Assembly: GCA_963719315.1 (NCBI GenBank)
Contig: CAVRBU010000016.1
Span: 1-12,695 of the forward strand
Origin: an uncultured Planctomycetota bacterium
GTDB taxonomy: Bacteria > Planctomycetota > Planctomycetia > Pirellulales > Lacipirellulaceae
Reading direction: 5' to 3'
Length of the DNA: 12,695 nt
Part shown: positions 1 to 7,690 of the stretch, piece by piece
Layout of the letters: the number at the start of each line of letters is the position of its first letter
How positions within the stretch are numbered: the first letter of the stretch is position 1
Notes under the pieces: model-generated
The model's database searches: none
Seen by the model: the letters and a program-made list of their open reading frames with translations, nothing else
What the model was told of the DNA's origin: nothing
Made by a program: the position numbers and the translations under genes

Positions 1-117
1 GGCGCTGGCCACTTGTTCGTTGCTTCGTCAGCCAGCGATTGGTCTGTTCCGATAGCAATCACGCTGACGCAGTTCCTGCGTTTCGTACGTTCGTGTCAAC
101 GATTTGTGCTGCGCGTT

Positions 118-1077
118 CTATTTGTACGCAGCGGGAACATCGCGTGCCGCACGAGTGAACAGGCACACAAAGGTATCTACATCAATATTGTCGTTGACGT
201 ATTCAACTCTTCCGTCGCCGAACGCAAAAATAGCGCCGCCGGGGTGGAAACTATAGATTTCATGGTAGTTGTCGCAGTTCATGAGCGTCGTAATGGGGCA
301 GTCTTTGGGAGTCGAATTTCCCAAAAGATCGTACGCCGAATTGCTCGCCCAGAGGTATTTTTCCTGCGGTACCGGGTTATCGAGCTGCAATACACCCTTG
401 ATATAGCGATTCGGTTTGCCGGCGCTCTCAAAGAACATGAAGGTATTCGACTGGCCGTCGCGGACGCTGGCCAATCGGAGCGGCAGGTCGCTCAAAAAGC
501 CGACAAGCTTGTCGACAGGCCGCTTTTGCTTCGTCAGCCCCGCGCCTTCTATGTAACGGCAATAGCTGAGATCGTTTATATCCGTGAGAGTCGTGTAATC
601 GGTGGCGAACGCGCTTCGGCGCGTATCGGCGGAAGGACATAGAAACTCCGCAATATCTTGCTGGGTGGCAGCAGCATTGACGCCGCTGTTGTAGTCGATG
701 TCGAGCTTAATCGAGTCGGCCAGGCGCTGCTGGCCGAGATAAGGAAGAATGTACGTCAGCACAAAATGCTTCGCCAACCCGTTGGATGGATTGCTCTTGC
801 TGGTACTGGGAGGCAGGCTTCCGTTGCAGCGGCCGTAGCGCTGGCCGCCCGTGTCGTTGGGGGAATAGGCGAGCGGCAGAGTTTTGCGGTTCGTTTCATA
901 GCTGAGGATCGCAAGCGCGATTTGCTTCATATTATTGATGCATTGACCGCGGCGGCTCGATTCACGGCTGGCCTGGACCGCGGGAATCAAGAGACCAACC
1001 AGCACGCCAATGATCGCGATGACGACCAATAGCTCTACTAGCGTGAAACCGGCTCGTTTTTTTGGCGCTCGATTCAT
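118..1077 (-). CDS. DUF1559 family prepilin-like (PulG-like) protein with N-terminal methylation motif and C-terminal H-X9-DG motif
   Basis: Class III signal [48 protein letters not shown], followed by FLCPS, VRDGQSNTFMFFE and SFHPGGAIFAFGDGRV (H-X9-DG). Start moved from track GTG 1113 to ATG 1077 (short basic leader MNRAPKKRAG); 319 aa. Confidence 0.95.
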   Translation of the reverse strand: MNRAPKKRAGFTLVELLVVIAIIGVLVGLLIPAVQASRESSRRGQCINNMKQIALAILSYETNRKTLPLAYSPNDTGGQRYGRCNGSLPPSTSKSNPSNGLAKHFVLTYILPYLGQQRLADSIKLDIDYNSGVNAAATQQDIAEFLCPSADTRRSAFATDYTTLTDINDLSYCRYIEGAGLTKQKRPVDKLVGFLSDLPLRLASVRDGQSNTFMFFESAGKPNRYIKGVLQLDNPVPQEKYLWASNSAYDLLGNSTPKDCPITTLMNCDNYHEIYSFHPGGAIFAFGDGRVEYVNDNIDVDTFVCLFTRAARDVPAAYK

Positions 1078-2150
1078 GGGTTCAGCTTCCGGAACGGGCA
1101 ACCATCGCACCACCTCAGCCGCGCGGCGGCGATCAATTCACCCACTGGCTTGCGTCTGTTACCTGGCCGTCGTTGCGATTGCCGAGCTTGTTGAACACAT
1201 TTCTGTCAATATCGTAGCTGATGGTGTGGACAGAGCTATCGCCAAAGACAGCTTGGATGCCAGCGCTGTGTGCGGAGCCGAAGGTGATATAATCCCTCCA
1301 GTTATCGCCTGTGTTGTAGACATTAGCTGGGACCGTTGCGTCACGCCTCGGGGGCACACCCGTGGAACGAACCGTGTCGAAGTCCCAACCGTCGGACCAA
1401 CCGCGGTCATCGCCTTCGAATGGGCGGACCATGCCATTATAGAACGGGCCGCTCCCATCGTAATTATCAAGCGGGAGGAACTTTTCGCTGATAAGTAAGG
1501 TTTTTGAAGCGCCATCTTTAACATCATTGAAGCCGATCCGCGAACAGGCTTTGGTTCCGACAACCATCCCCATGTACATGAAGGGCTTAAAAGTAATAGT
1601 AAATGAACTCATCCTGGGCCCCCAGAAGTCGACCATTGCCTGGTTATCGTCCGAGGTTCTGGAAGGGGTTGCACTCGCATAGTCCAACATACCGTTTAAA
1701 TAACCGCCATTCGCATCCGTCAAATTCCGTCTTCCGGTGCCGCGCGAAGGGCAAAAGAAAATAGAAAACGTCATGTGTTTTACTTTTTCCCAATCGGGTT
1801 CGTTCAAGGCGTTGCCCTCCTCGATGAAAGGCAGGATTTGGAAAGGCCATCCGACTGGCAAATCATCCACATCGGGCAGTTTGCCGGGCACGTACCAGGG
1901 GCTGCTGCCGCCAGAAATCCCGCAATAGTTATGGTCGTTGTTTTCGCCGGCCCAGGAGCACATTCCGCCCATCGGCAAATACTGCTTCCCGGCAAAGTGG
2001 TTTTGGAAGGCCTGGCCAATTTGCCTGAGATTGTTTACGCATTGCGTGCGGCGACCGGCTTCGCGGGCCGATTGCACGGCAGGCAGCAACAGCGCAACAA
2101 GCGTGCCGATGATCGCGATGACGACCAATAGCTCGACGAGCGTGAAACCG
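1010..2150 (-). repeat. 42-nt direct repeat (1010-1051 and 2109-2150), 40/42 identical
   Basis: atgatcgcgatgacgaccaatagctc[t/g]ac[t/g]agcgtgaaaccg; it encodes the [14 protein letters not shown] segment of both DUF1559 genes. Confidence 0.9.
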
Positions 2151-2173
2151 CGCGGGCGGCGAAAGTTGACCAT
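1133..2173 (-). CDS. DUF1559 family prepilin-like protein (H-X9-DS variant)
   Basis: [102 protein letters not shown] at 2173 lies 9 nt downstream of AAGGAGG; 346 aa. Confidence 0.95.
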   Translation of the reverse strand: MVNFRRPRGFTLVELLVVIAIIGTLVALLLPAVQSAREAGRRTQCVNNLRQIGQAFQNHFAGKQYLPMGGMCSWAGENNDHNYCGISGGSSPWYVPGKLPDVDDLPVGWPFQILPFIEEGNALNEPDWEKVKHMTFSIFFCPSRGTGRRNLTDANGGYLNGMLDYASATPSRTSDDNQAMVDFWGPRMSSFTITFKPFMYMGMVVGTKACSRIGFNDVKDGASKTLLISEKFLPLDNYDGSGPFYNGMVRPFEGDDRGWSDGWDFDTVRSTGVPPRRDATVPANVYNTGDNWRDYITFGSAHSAGIQAVFGDSSVHTISYDIDRNVFNKLGNRNDGQVTDASQWVN

Positions 2174-2181
2174 TCTATCGG

Positions 2182-2201
2182 CCCTCCTTTTGCAAGGCGG
2201 G
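2182..2201 (-). promoter_or_regulatory. Shine-Dalgarno sequence (AAGGAGG, 2189-2183) inside a GCAA-tetraloop hairpin
   Basis: mRNA reads CCCGCCUU-GCAA-AAGGAGGG: 7 bp plus one G.A mismatch. The SD is well supported; a regulatory role for the hairpin is inference. Confidence 0.55.
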
Positions 2202-2225
2202 GAACACAAATACTCGCAAAAGCTA

Positions 2226-2732
2226 TTAGCGGCGAAGCTTGGCCTGGGCCGGCAATAGGTGTTCCAATTCAGTTTCGTCCAATGTTCGCGTGTTGCCGCC
2301 TAAGAAAGCAACGGCCCGCTGTCCATTTTGGCCGTTTGCTTCATAAAGCACAATCGGCGCGGGTTGGCCGACCGCCAGTGGGGGTAGCTTTGCGTAGGAG
2401 ACCAGCACAAAGGATTTGCCGTCGCGCGGCGAAATGAAGAGATCACCGACGTTAGCTACCTTGAGGCGGGCCAGTACGTCTGAGTTAGTCTTCATTTCCA
2501 CGAACTTGCGCAGGTCGTCGACGGTTTTCGGCGCCTCGCTTTTGTTCTGGCTGATGTACATGCCGTACATGTGACCTAGCCATGCGAGGTTGGTTTGTTC
2601 CTGGGCGACCGGACCGGATTGCTTTTGGCCACAACCGGCACACAAAACACTAACAAGCAATAGCACGAATGCGAACGCACCGTGCGGACAGTCGAATGAT
2701 CCCCGATGCGACCACGGACCCTTCGCTGCCAT
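2226..2732 (-). CDS. Putative lipoprotein, DUF1559-associated hypothetical protein
   Basis: Hydrophobic stretch [12 protein letters not shown] followed by lipobox-like CAG|C (Cys34 counting from ATG 2732). GAGGA lies upstream of ATG 2732, and a double stop TAA-TAG ends the ORF. It sits directly upstream of the two DUF1559 genes; 168 aa. Confidence 0.8.
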   Translation of the reverse strand: MAAKGPWSHRGSFDCPHGAFAFVLLLVSVLCAGCGQKQSGPVAQEQTNLAWLGHMYGMYISQNKSEAPKTVDDLRKFVEMKTNSDVLARLKVANVGDLFISPRDGKSFVLVSYAKLPPLAVGQPAPIVLYEANGQNGQRAVAFLGGNTRTLDETELEHLLPAQAKLRR

Positions 2733-2804
2733 TCTCAATCCTCGTCGCCGAGTTCTGATTCGAATCAGGCGTGTTTTGCACATCGCATATTAGCGACACA
2801 CCGA

Positions 2805-3743
2805 TCATCCACGAAATGGTCTTTGGGTGGCGATACCGATCATGCCCACCAAAGTCAGCAGCAACATCGTGGCTGGCTCTGGTACGGTATCCAGTGATCC
2901 TAAGCTGCCGGTGGACGACCCGCTGCCCGACGTGTGGCCGAAATTCTCTTGCCAAATGAAATAGTCAAACTCATCAATCATCCCATCTTCAAACCCATCG
3001 GCCGCCAAATTGTCGCCCGTTTGGCCCAACGTGTTGCGCCAGACCACGTAGTCGGCAGCGTCGACGACGCGATTGCCGTTGTAATCGCCCGCGACCGGCG
3101 GCAGAGAAATGGGCGCAACCTGCGTCAACCGCAGCGCGCTCCACGTGCGATCGATCGCGAATCCAAAATCCCACTTGGCATACAGCCACGAGCCGGCGGT
3201 GAGCCACAACATCGTTCCATCGGCTGGAGGATTGATATCGGTCTGCGGGCCAGGCCCCATCGTGTGCCACTGTCCGTCGTCCGCTCCGCCGGCCGCGATC
3301 CACTGATGATTCGTGCCGAACTGGCCGACCCAGGGGATGTCCGGTTCATAAGGATAGCCTTCGCCGACAATCCCGTGAAACTGCGATTCGACTGGTTGCC
3401 AATTGTTGTGGCCCGCCTCGGTCGTTCCGAAAAACTCGATCTTATAGAGCTCGGCCGTGCTGGGGACAGGCGTGCCGTTGTTTACGGAGTTACCGCTCAG
3501 TTCCCAATAGACGCGATTGACGCCGACGGCACCGGTACTTGCATAGCCGTACGAATTCCCAGCATATTGCGCGTCGCCCGATGACTGCGGCCCCGAGTAC
3601 CCCGCGCCGGAATAGGCCGCGAAGGGTTTATCTCCCTCGTTATTGATGTGGTGGATCCCCAGAATCCACTGGTCGCCGGGCGCCGCCGAAGCCGGCAATG
3701 AGGCCAAAGCCAAGATGACTAAACTAAGTCCCGCCACTTTCAT
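2805..3743 (-). CDS. Secreted PEP-CTERM protein, family B domain plus full two-loop dockerin-like module
   Basis: Signal peptide MKVAGLSLVILALASLPASA (ATG 3743, GGAG upstream); module GDYNGNRVVDAADYVVWR...ADGFEDGMIDEFDYFIWQENFG; G/S linker; VPEP, hydrophobic helix and RPFRG tail; 312 aa. Confidence 0.9.
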   Translation of the reverse strand: MKVAGLSLVILALASLPASAAPGDQWILGIHHINNEGDKPFAAYSGAGYSGPQSSGDAQYAGNSYGYASTGAVGVNRVYWELSGNSVNNGTPVPSTAELYKIEFFGTTEAGHNNWQPVESQFHGIVGEGYPYEPDIPWVGQFGTNHQWIAAGGADDGQWHTMGPGPQTDINPPADGTMLWLTAGSWLYAKWDFGFAIDRTWSALRLTQVAPISLPPVAGDYNGNRVVDAADYVVWRNTLGQTGDNLAADGFEDGMIDEFDYFIWQENFGHTSGSGSSTGSLGSLDTVPEPATMLLLTLVGMIGIATQRPFRG

Positions 3744-3919
3744 TGGGGCCACTCCCGAACACCAACCCAACTCGGATGCATGGCCCGTCTTGCGGAGAAC
3801 ACAGAAAGCCATTTCCACTTCATCCGTCGTTTATCCGCCACGCTACGACGGGAACGTATTATTATTCCGTCGTCTCCCTGAGCTAATCGTAACAGCAATC
3901 GTCCGAAGGAGCAACCAAA

Positions 3920-4960
3920 TTAAGCTGGGCCAGCAGTTCTTCGGGCGGATGAACAAGACAGCCAGTTTCGTAGGCAATTTCCTGCGAGCAGGATCCCGCA
4001 GGCCATACACATTGAGCTAGCCGTAGTCGGTTCAGGCACCGCAGTCGAGCTGCTGCCAAGGGCGGCGACTGTTCCAAAATTCGCGCGCCACGTGTCGTAT
4101 AATGCCGTCGTGCCGTTGTTCTTGCGCCATACGACGTAGTCGGCTGCGTCCGTGATGCCGTCGCCATTATAGTTGCCGTGCAGATCGCCGACCGAAATGT
4201 CGTCGTACCAGTAATTCTCATAAGTGATCTTCGTTGCGCCCATCATGACCCAGCGCAGATCTGGACCGCTGCGGTATGAGGTACCAACGAGCGCATCATC
4301 AATGAAAAATCGAACCTGACCACCGTCCGCCATCGAGTCCGCCTCAATCGCCAGTTTCATCCATTGCGATTTCTTGCGCAGCACTCCGGTGTCAATGATT
4401 CCCAGCCCTTGGTCGTCGTTGTATTTCGTTTCGATGCCATACGAATAATGATCCGGCGGAGGCGGGTTATTAGGGTCATAAATATCGCGATCCAAGTCCG
4501 GAAAGGTCCTAATCTCCAGATAATCGGTTAGGTCGTCCGGTCGTCCCGTTGGCGAATCTCCAAACAGCGAAAACATGCTGCGGACTTCGATGGCCGGCTG
4601 TTTCCAAGTCGGCTGGTCGAGATAGGGAGGCACATACGTCATGTCCTCGTACAGGTAGACGGTCGCGCGCAGCCCGGCGCCGGTCGCGCCAAAGTCGGCG
4701 AAGCCGTTCCAGTCCGCCGGGTCCGCCTCCCAGGCGCGGGCCGAATGCGTGCCGCTCAACGCGTGGCTCGTGTCCGTGGTGACCAGGTTATTAAAGCCGT
4801 TCGGCGTATGCGATTCGCCGGAGACGTTGCCCCACGGGGCCCAGACGATGTCGCCGCCGACACCGTTCTCGAAATCGTCGGAGAACAGGGTTAGGGCTTG
4901 AACAGGGCCAACCAACAGCAGTAGGCCGCAGGCGGCAGACAACCGAAGAACAAACTTCAT
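3920..4960 (-). CDS. Secreted PEP-CTERM-like protein, family A domain (possible ConA-like beta-sandwich) plus short dockerin-like module
   Basis: Signal peptide MKFVLRLSAACGLLLLVGPVQA (ATG 4960, GAGG upstream). The domain runs from TLFSDDFE to YENYWYDDISV, followed by GNYNGDGITDAADYVVWR and VPEP with an atypical tail. The track's 57-codon extension to 5131 looks non-coding; 346 aa. Confidence 0.88.
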   Translation of the reverse strand: MKFVLRLSAACGLLLLVGPVQALTLFSDDFENGVGGDIVWAPWGNVSGESHTPNGFNNLVTTDTSHALSGTHSARAWEADPADWNGFADFGATGAGLRATVYLYEDMTYVPPYLDQPTWKQPAIEVRSMFSLFGDSPTGRPDDLTDYLEIRTFPDLDRDIYDPNNPPPPDHYSYGIETKYNDDQGLGIIDTGVLRKKSQWMKLAIEADSMADGGQVRFFIDDALVGTSYRSGPDLRWVMMGATKITYENYWYDDISVGDLHGNYNGDGITDAADYVVWRKNNGTTALYDTWRANFGTVAALGSSSTAVPEPTTASSMCMACGILLAGNCLRNWLSCSSARRTAGPA

Positions 4961-5007
4961 AACCGCCTCAGTAAGATTCTCAGGCCTGAATCTAATCCCT
5001 TTTCGAC

Positions 5008-5037
5008 AGCATATCAATGAAAAAGAAGCGGAATCAA
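5008..5037 (-). promoter_or_regulatory. Candidate sigma70 promoter for the left arm
   Basis: Minus strand TTGATT-N18-TATGCT with an extended -10 (TGa-TATGCT), about 47 nt upstream of ATG 4960. Confidence 0.45.
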
Positions 5038-5448
5038 TTGCATCAAAGCCAGTCCGGCGATATCCCCCATTATCTAATGAAATCTCCGGTCGTATGCGAT
5101 ACCGACCACCTATCCAGGTTAGATACGACATTTTGCAGCTTTGGCCCCGGATACGGCATGGCCAGTGTGCCTTAGCAAAAGTATTGCTTTTCTATCGACC
5201 GGAATTTCTTTGCATCTGTCGGCGAGGCGCATTACCATGTAGGCGCTTAGAAAGCGCTAGGTGGTTCTTCGTGTGAACTGCCGCGGACCAACATTGACGA
5301 GTTCGATCATCCGCTCGTGTTGTGCGGGAGTCCTTCCAAGAAAAGAAGATTACCAAAAGGAGGTCTGATTGACGGTGTGCTGTTGTGTACTGTGTAGATT
5401 TGCCGTGTACGAACAAAGAGAAAGCTAATGAACGAAGGGAAACGACCA

Positions 5449-6159
5449 ATGAAGTTGAAATTCTCGCCTGTTCTCACCTTGGCGTGCGTACTAGGGCTTT
5501 GGGCTGTGCCCGCCTATGCCGTGTACGATGTGATCGTCACGCCCGATCAATTCCAGCCGCAGACTTGGGGCGGTAATCTCTTGCAAGATACAGTCGGCGC
5601 CTACCCTGGCGATAATGCCGCCGGCTATTACTACACCAACAACTTTGGTAACTCGCCCTCGGCGACGATTATCATTCCCCTGCCGGCCGGCTTGCCTGCG
5701 GGAGCCCACGTGTACAACGTGTACCAGTGGGATCCGAGTGCCCACACGACTCAGTGGCACGTCGTCGACATTGCTGCGGACGGCACACTGAACAACAATC
5801 CGGACCACAGCCAAGCGACAGGTATTCCCTGGGCCGGTCAGTTCGGCACCAATCACCAATACCTGCAAAACCCGCAGGACGGCGCTGGCAAGAACTTGGG
5901 TGACTGGCTTAAGTTGGGTCCTGGCCCGCAGTCGGATGCGACTTTGGACGGTGGATCGGGTGTGTGGATAAACCCGAGCACCGGAAACGGCTATCCGTAT
6001 CTCCAAATCCACTATTTGGGTTTTGAGAACGCCCCGGAATCGTTCGACGCGATTCGCGTTGTACAGATCGACGGGGTGGTGCCCGAGCCAGCGAGTGGAT
6101 TGATCATGCTCGTGGGCGGTGTACTGATGGCAGTACGGCGACGCCGTCGATCCGCGTAG
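5449..6159 (+). CDS. Secreted PEP-CTERM protein, family B domain only
   Basis: Signal peptide MKLKFSPVLTLACVLGLWAVPAYA (ATG 5449, AAGGGA upstream); canonical VPEPASGLIMLVGGVLMAVRRRRRSA; shares IPWxGQFGTNHQ and GPGPQxD with 2805-3743; 236 aa. Confidence 0.92.
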   Translation: MKLKFSPVLTLACVLGLWAVPAYAVYDVIVTPDQFQPQTWGGNLLQDTVGAYPGDNAAGYYYTNNFGNSPSATIIIPLPAGLPAGAHVYNVYQWDPSAHTTQWHVVDIAADGTLNNNPDHSQATGIPWAGQFGTNHQYLQNPQDGAGKNLGDWLKLGPGPQSDATLDGGSGVWINPSTGNGYPYLQIHYLGFENAPESFDAIRVVQIDGVVPEPASGLIMLVGGVLMAVRRRRRSA

Positions 6160-6200
6160 TTGCTTGATTTTGGTTCGCCATGTTTCAGATTGCTAACTCT

Positions 6201-6238
6201 TGCCCGCCCTGACGCCGAGTCGGGGCGGGCAGTTTTTT
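6201..6238 (+). terminator. Rho-independent terminator
   Basis: TGCCCGCCCTGAC-gccga-GTCGGGGCGGGCA (13-bp stem with one G.U pair) followed by GTTTTTT, 42 nt after the 6159 stop. Confidence 0.88.
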
Positions 6239-6370
6239 AGGGCCGTTCAGCGTTTTTGTATCGGTTACTGCGAGAATACGGTCTAGTGGTTCCAGGGGTG
6301 AATCTACAATCGGCTCGCCGCAGCTCATCTACATAGGGCTGCCAGCCGTCTTTCGCGGAGTTTATTGGCG

Positions 6371-7552
6371 ATGTCGGTGACTCAAAAGTCCGGCTGCTGC
6401 GTGATATTCGTTGCTACGTTCTGGGCCAGCAACACCGGCGCGACGCAGGTTATCACACAGCCATTTCTCGGCGTCGAACGCATTTACCAGACCGAAACAT
6501 CGCCGAGACCGCTGAAAATAAACGTTGCGATCATCGACTTGACGGCGCCCGGCATCAGCTTTGAAATGACGCCGCGCGCCGCGAATTATCCTGGGCCAAT
6601 TATCAATGGAAGCCCTGGCGAGACGGTTCGACAAACCACGCGTCAATTTGCCGATGCGGTCGGAGCCCAGGTGGCGATTAATGGTTCTTATTATGCATCG
6701 CTCACGCAAAACGGCGTGAATTGGGCCAACAACCTCGGCCTCACCGCTTCCAACGGCGATCACTATTCGCCGTGGGAGAATCCATTCAGTACGACGGACT
6801 TCCGGGACGCTCTGAACATATCGCAAAACAATCAGGCGTTAATCGTTAAAATGCCTGGCAGTATTCCCACCGGCTTCGAAACCAATCCGCCCGTGACTCT
6901 GTACAACACGGTAACGGGGTTCGGTCGTCTGGTTCAAAATGGCGTCAATGTGGCGGCGAGTTCCTGCAGCCCGTGCGGGCTTAATCCGCGGACAGCCGTC
7001 GGCGTAACGGCCGACAACAAGTTGGTGATGATGGTCGTCGATGGCCGGCAAACCGGTTACAGCGAGGGCCTGACGATGATCGAAACGGCGAACTTCATGA
7101 TGAACTACGGCGCCGTCGATGCAATCGACCTCGACGGCGGCGGCTCGAGCACCATGGTAATGAACTTCTACAATGACGCATCGGCATCACAGGTATTGAA
7201 CACGCCATCGGACGGAACGGAGCGCGCGGTTGGCGACAACCTCGCCGTCTTCGCGCTCCCCAACGGAGACTACAACAAGAATGGCCTCGTAGATGCGGCC
7301 GACTATGTCGTGTGGCGGAAATCGATCGGCGGGCGACTCGCCTACGACGCCTGGCGATTGCAATTCGGCAACGCGGCGAGCGGCCTTGGCAGCGGTTCAA
7401 TCGTGCCCGAGCCAGCCGCGCCGGCAATTGCCATTTTGGCCTATCTCATTTCTATGAGTCTGCGGGTTTGTCCCACCAGTTCGGCTGTTCGCGTTAACGC
7501 CGGCCGCTCCGGCGCGAATCAAAAAACGCGTCCCTCGCGCATTTTTGCTTGA
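6371..7552 (+). CDS. Phosphodiester glycosidase (NAGPA family) with short dockerin-like module and PEP-CTERM-like tail
   Basis: Family motifs INVAIIDL, GAQVAINGSYY, NPRTAVGVTADNKLVMMVVDGRQ..SEGLT, AIDLDGGGSSTM and LNTPSDGTERAV; then GDYNKNGLVDAADYVVWR and VPEP with a hydrophobic stretch. Start is ATG 6371 or TTG 6365, after GGAG. Confidence 0.92.
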   Translation: MSVTQKSGCCVIFVATFWASNTGATQVITQPFLGVERIYQTETSPRPLKINVAIIDLTAPGISFEMTPRAANYPGPIINGSPGETVRQTTRQFADAVGAQVAINGSYYASLTQNGVNWANNLGLTASNGDHYSPWENPFSTTDFRDALNISQNNQALIVKMPGSIPTGFETNPPVTLYNTVTGFGRLVQNGVNVAASSCSPCGLNPRTAVGVTADNKLVMMVVDGRQTGYSEGLTMIETANFMMNYGAVDAIDLDGGGSSTMVMNFYNDASASQVLNTPSDGTERAVGDNLAVFALPNGDYNKNGLVDAADYVVWRKSIGGRLAYDAWRLQFGNAASGLGSGSIVPEPAAPAIAILAYLISMSLRVCPTSSAVRVNAGRSGANQKTRPSRIFA

Positions 7553-7577
7553 CAAAGCGCACTCCCCAAAGGATAAC
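7549..7577 (+). promoter_or_regulatory. Candidate internal sigma70 promoter for 7691-8503
   Basis: Perfect TTGACA (7549-7554, overlapping the upstream stop codon), a 17-nt spacer, then GATAAC (4/6 match to TATAAT). Confidence 0.4.
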
Positions 7578-7690
7578 CAAGGCACGAGCCTACGGGCGGA
7601 TCCGTAGCGGGAACTGTGGGGCGAATCGAATCTGCGCTGGTTCCAACCTCAGCCTATACGAGAAATGGTGGTTAATTTTGGGAGACGCTA

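Noticed and set aside
1..62. Possible start of a further minus-strand gene (GTG at 62; VIAIGTDQSLADEATNKWPA)
   Set aside because: Only 20 codons are visible, with no recognisable motif, so it cannot be supported.
13..2258. Plus-strand ORFs 13-642, 658-1032, 1010-1498, 1775-2131 and 1938-2258
   Set aside because: They are antisense shadows of the DUF1559 genes, typical of GC-rich DNA. Their mutual similarity merely mirrors the prepilin repeat.
4961..5131. 57-aa N-terminal extension of ORF 3920-5131
   Set aside because: The signal peptide and RBS point to ATG 4960, and the extension covers the predicted promoter.
5369..5400. TTGACG with TACTGT or TAGATT as the right-arm promoter
   Set aside because: Spacers of 13 or 20 nt are outside the sigma70 range.
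5094..5449. Small ORFs in the divergent spacer (5094-5276 +, 5192-5449 -)
   Set aside because: They have no motifs, atypical composition and no convincing RBS.
7585..7690. Structured leader considered as a tRNA or riboswitch
   Set aside because: There is no cloverleaf or T-loop (GTTCRA) in context and no recognisable riboswitch core; only simple hairpins are supported.
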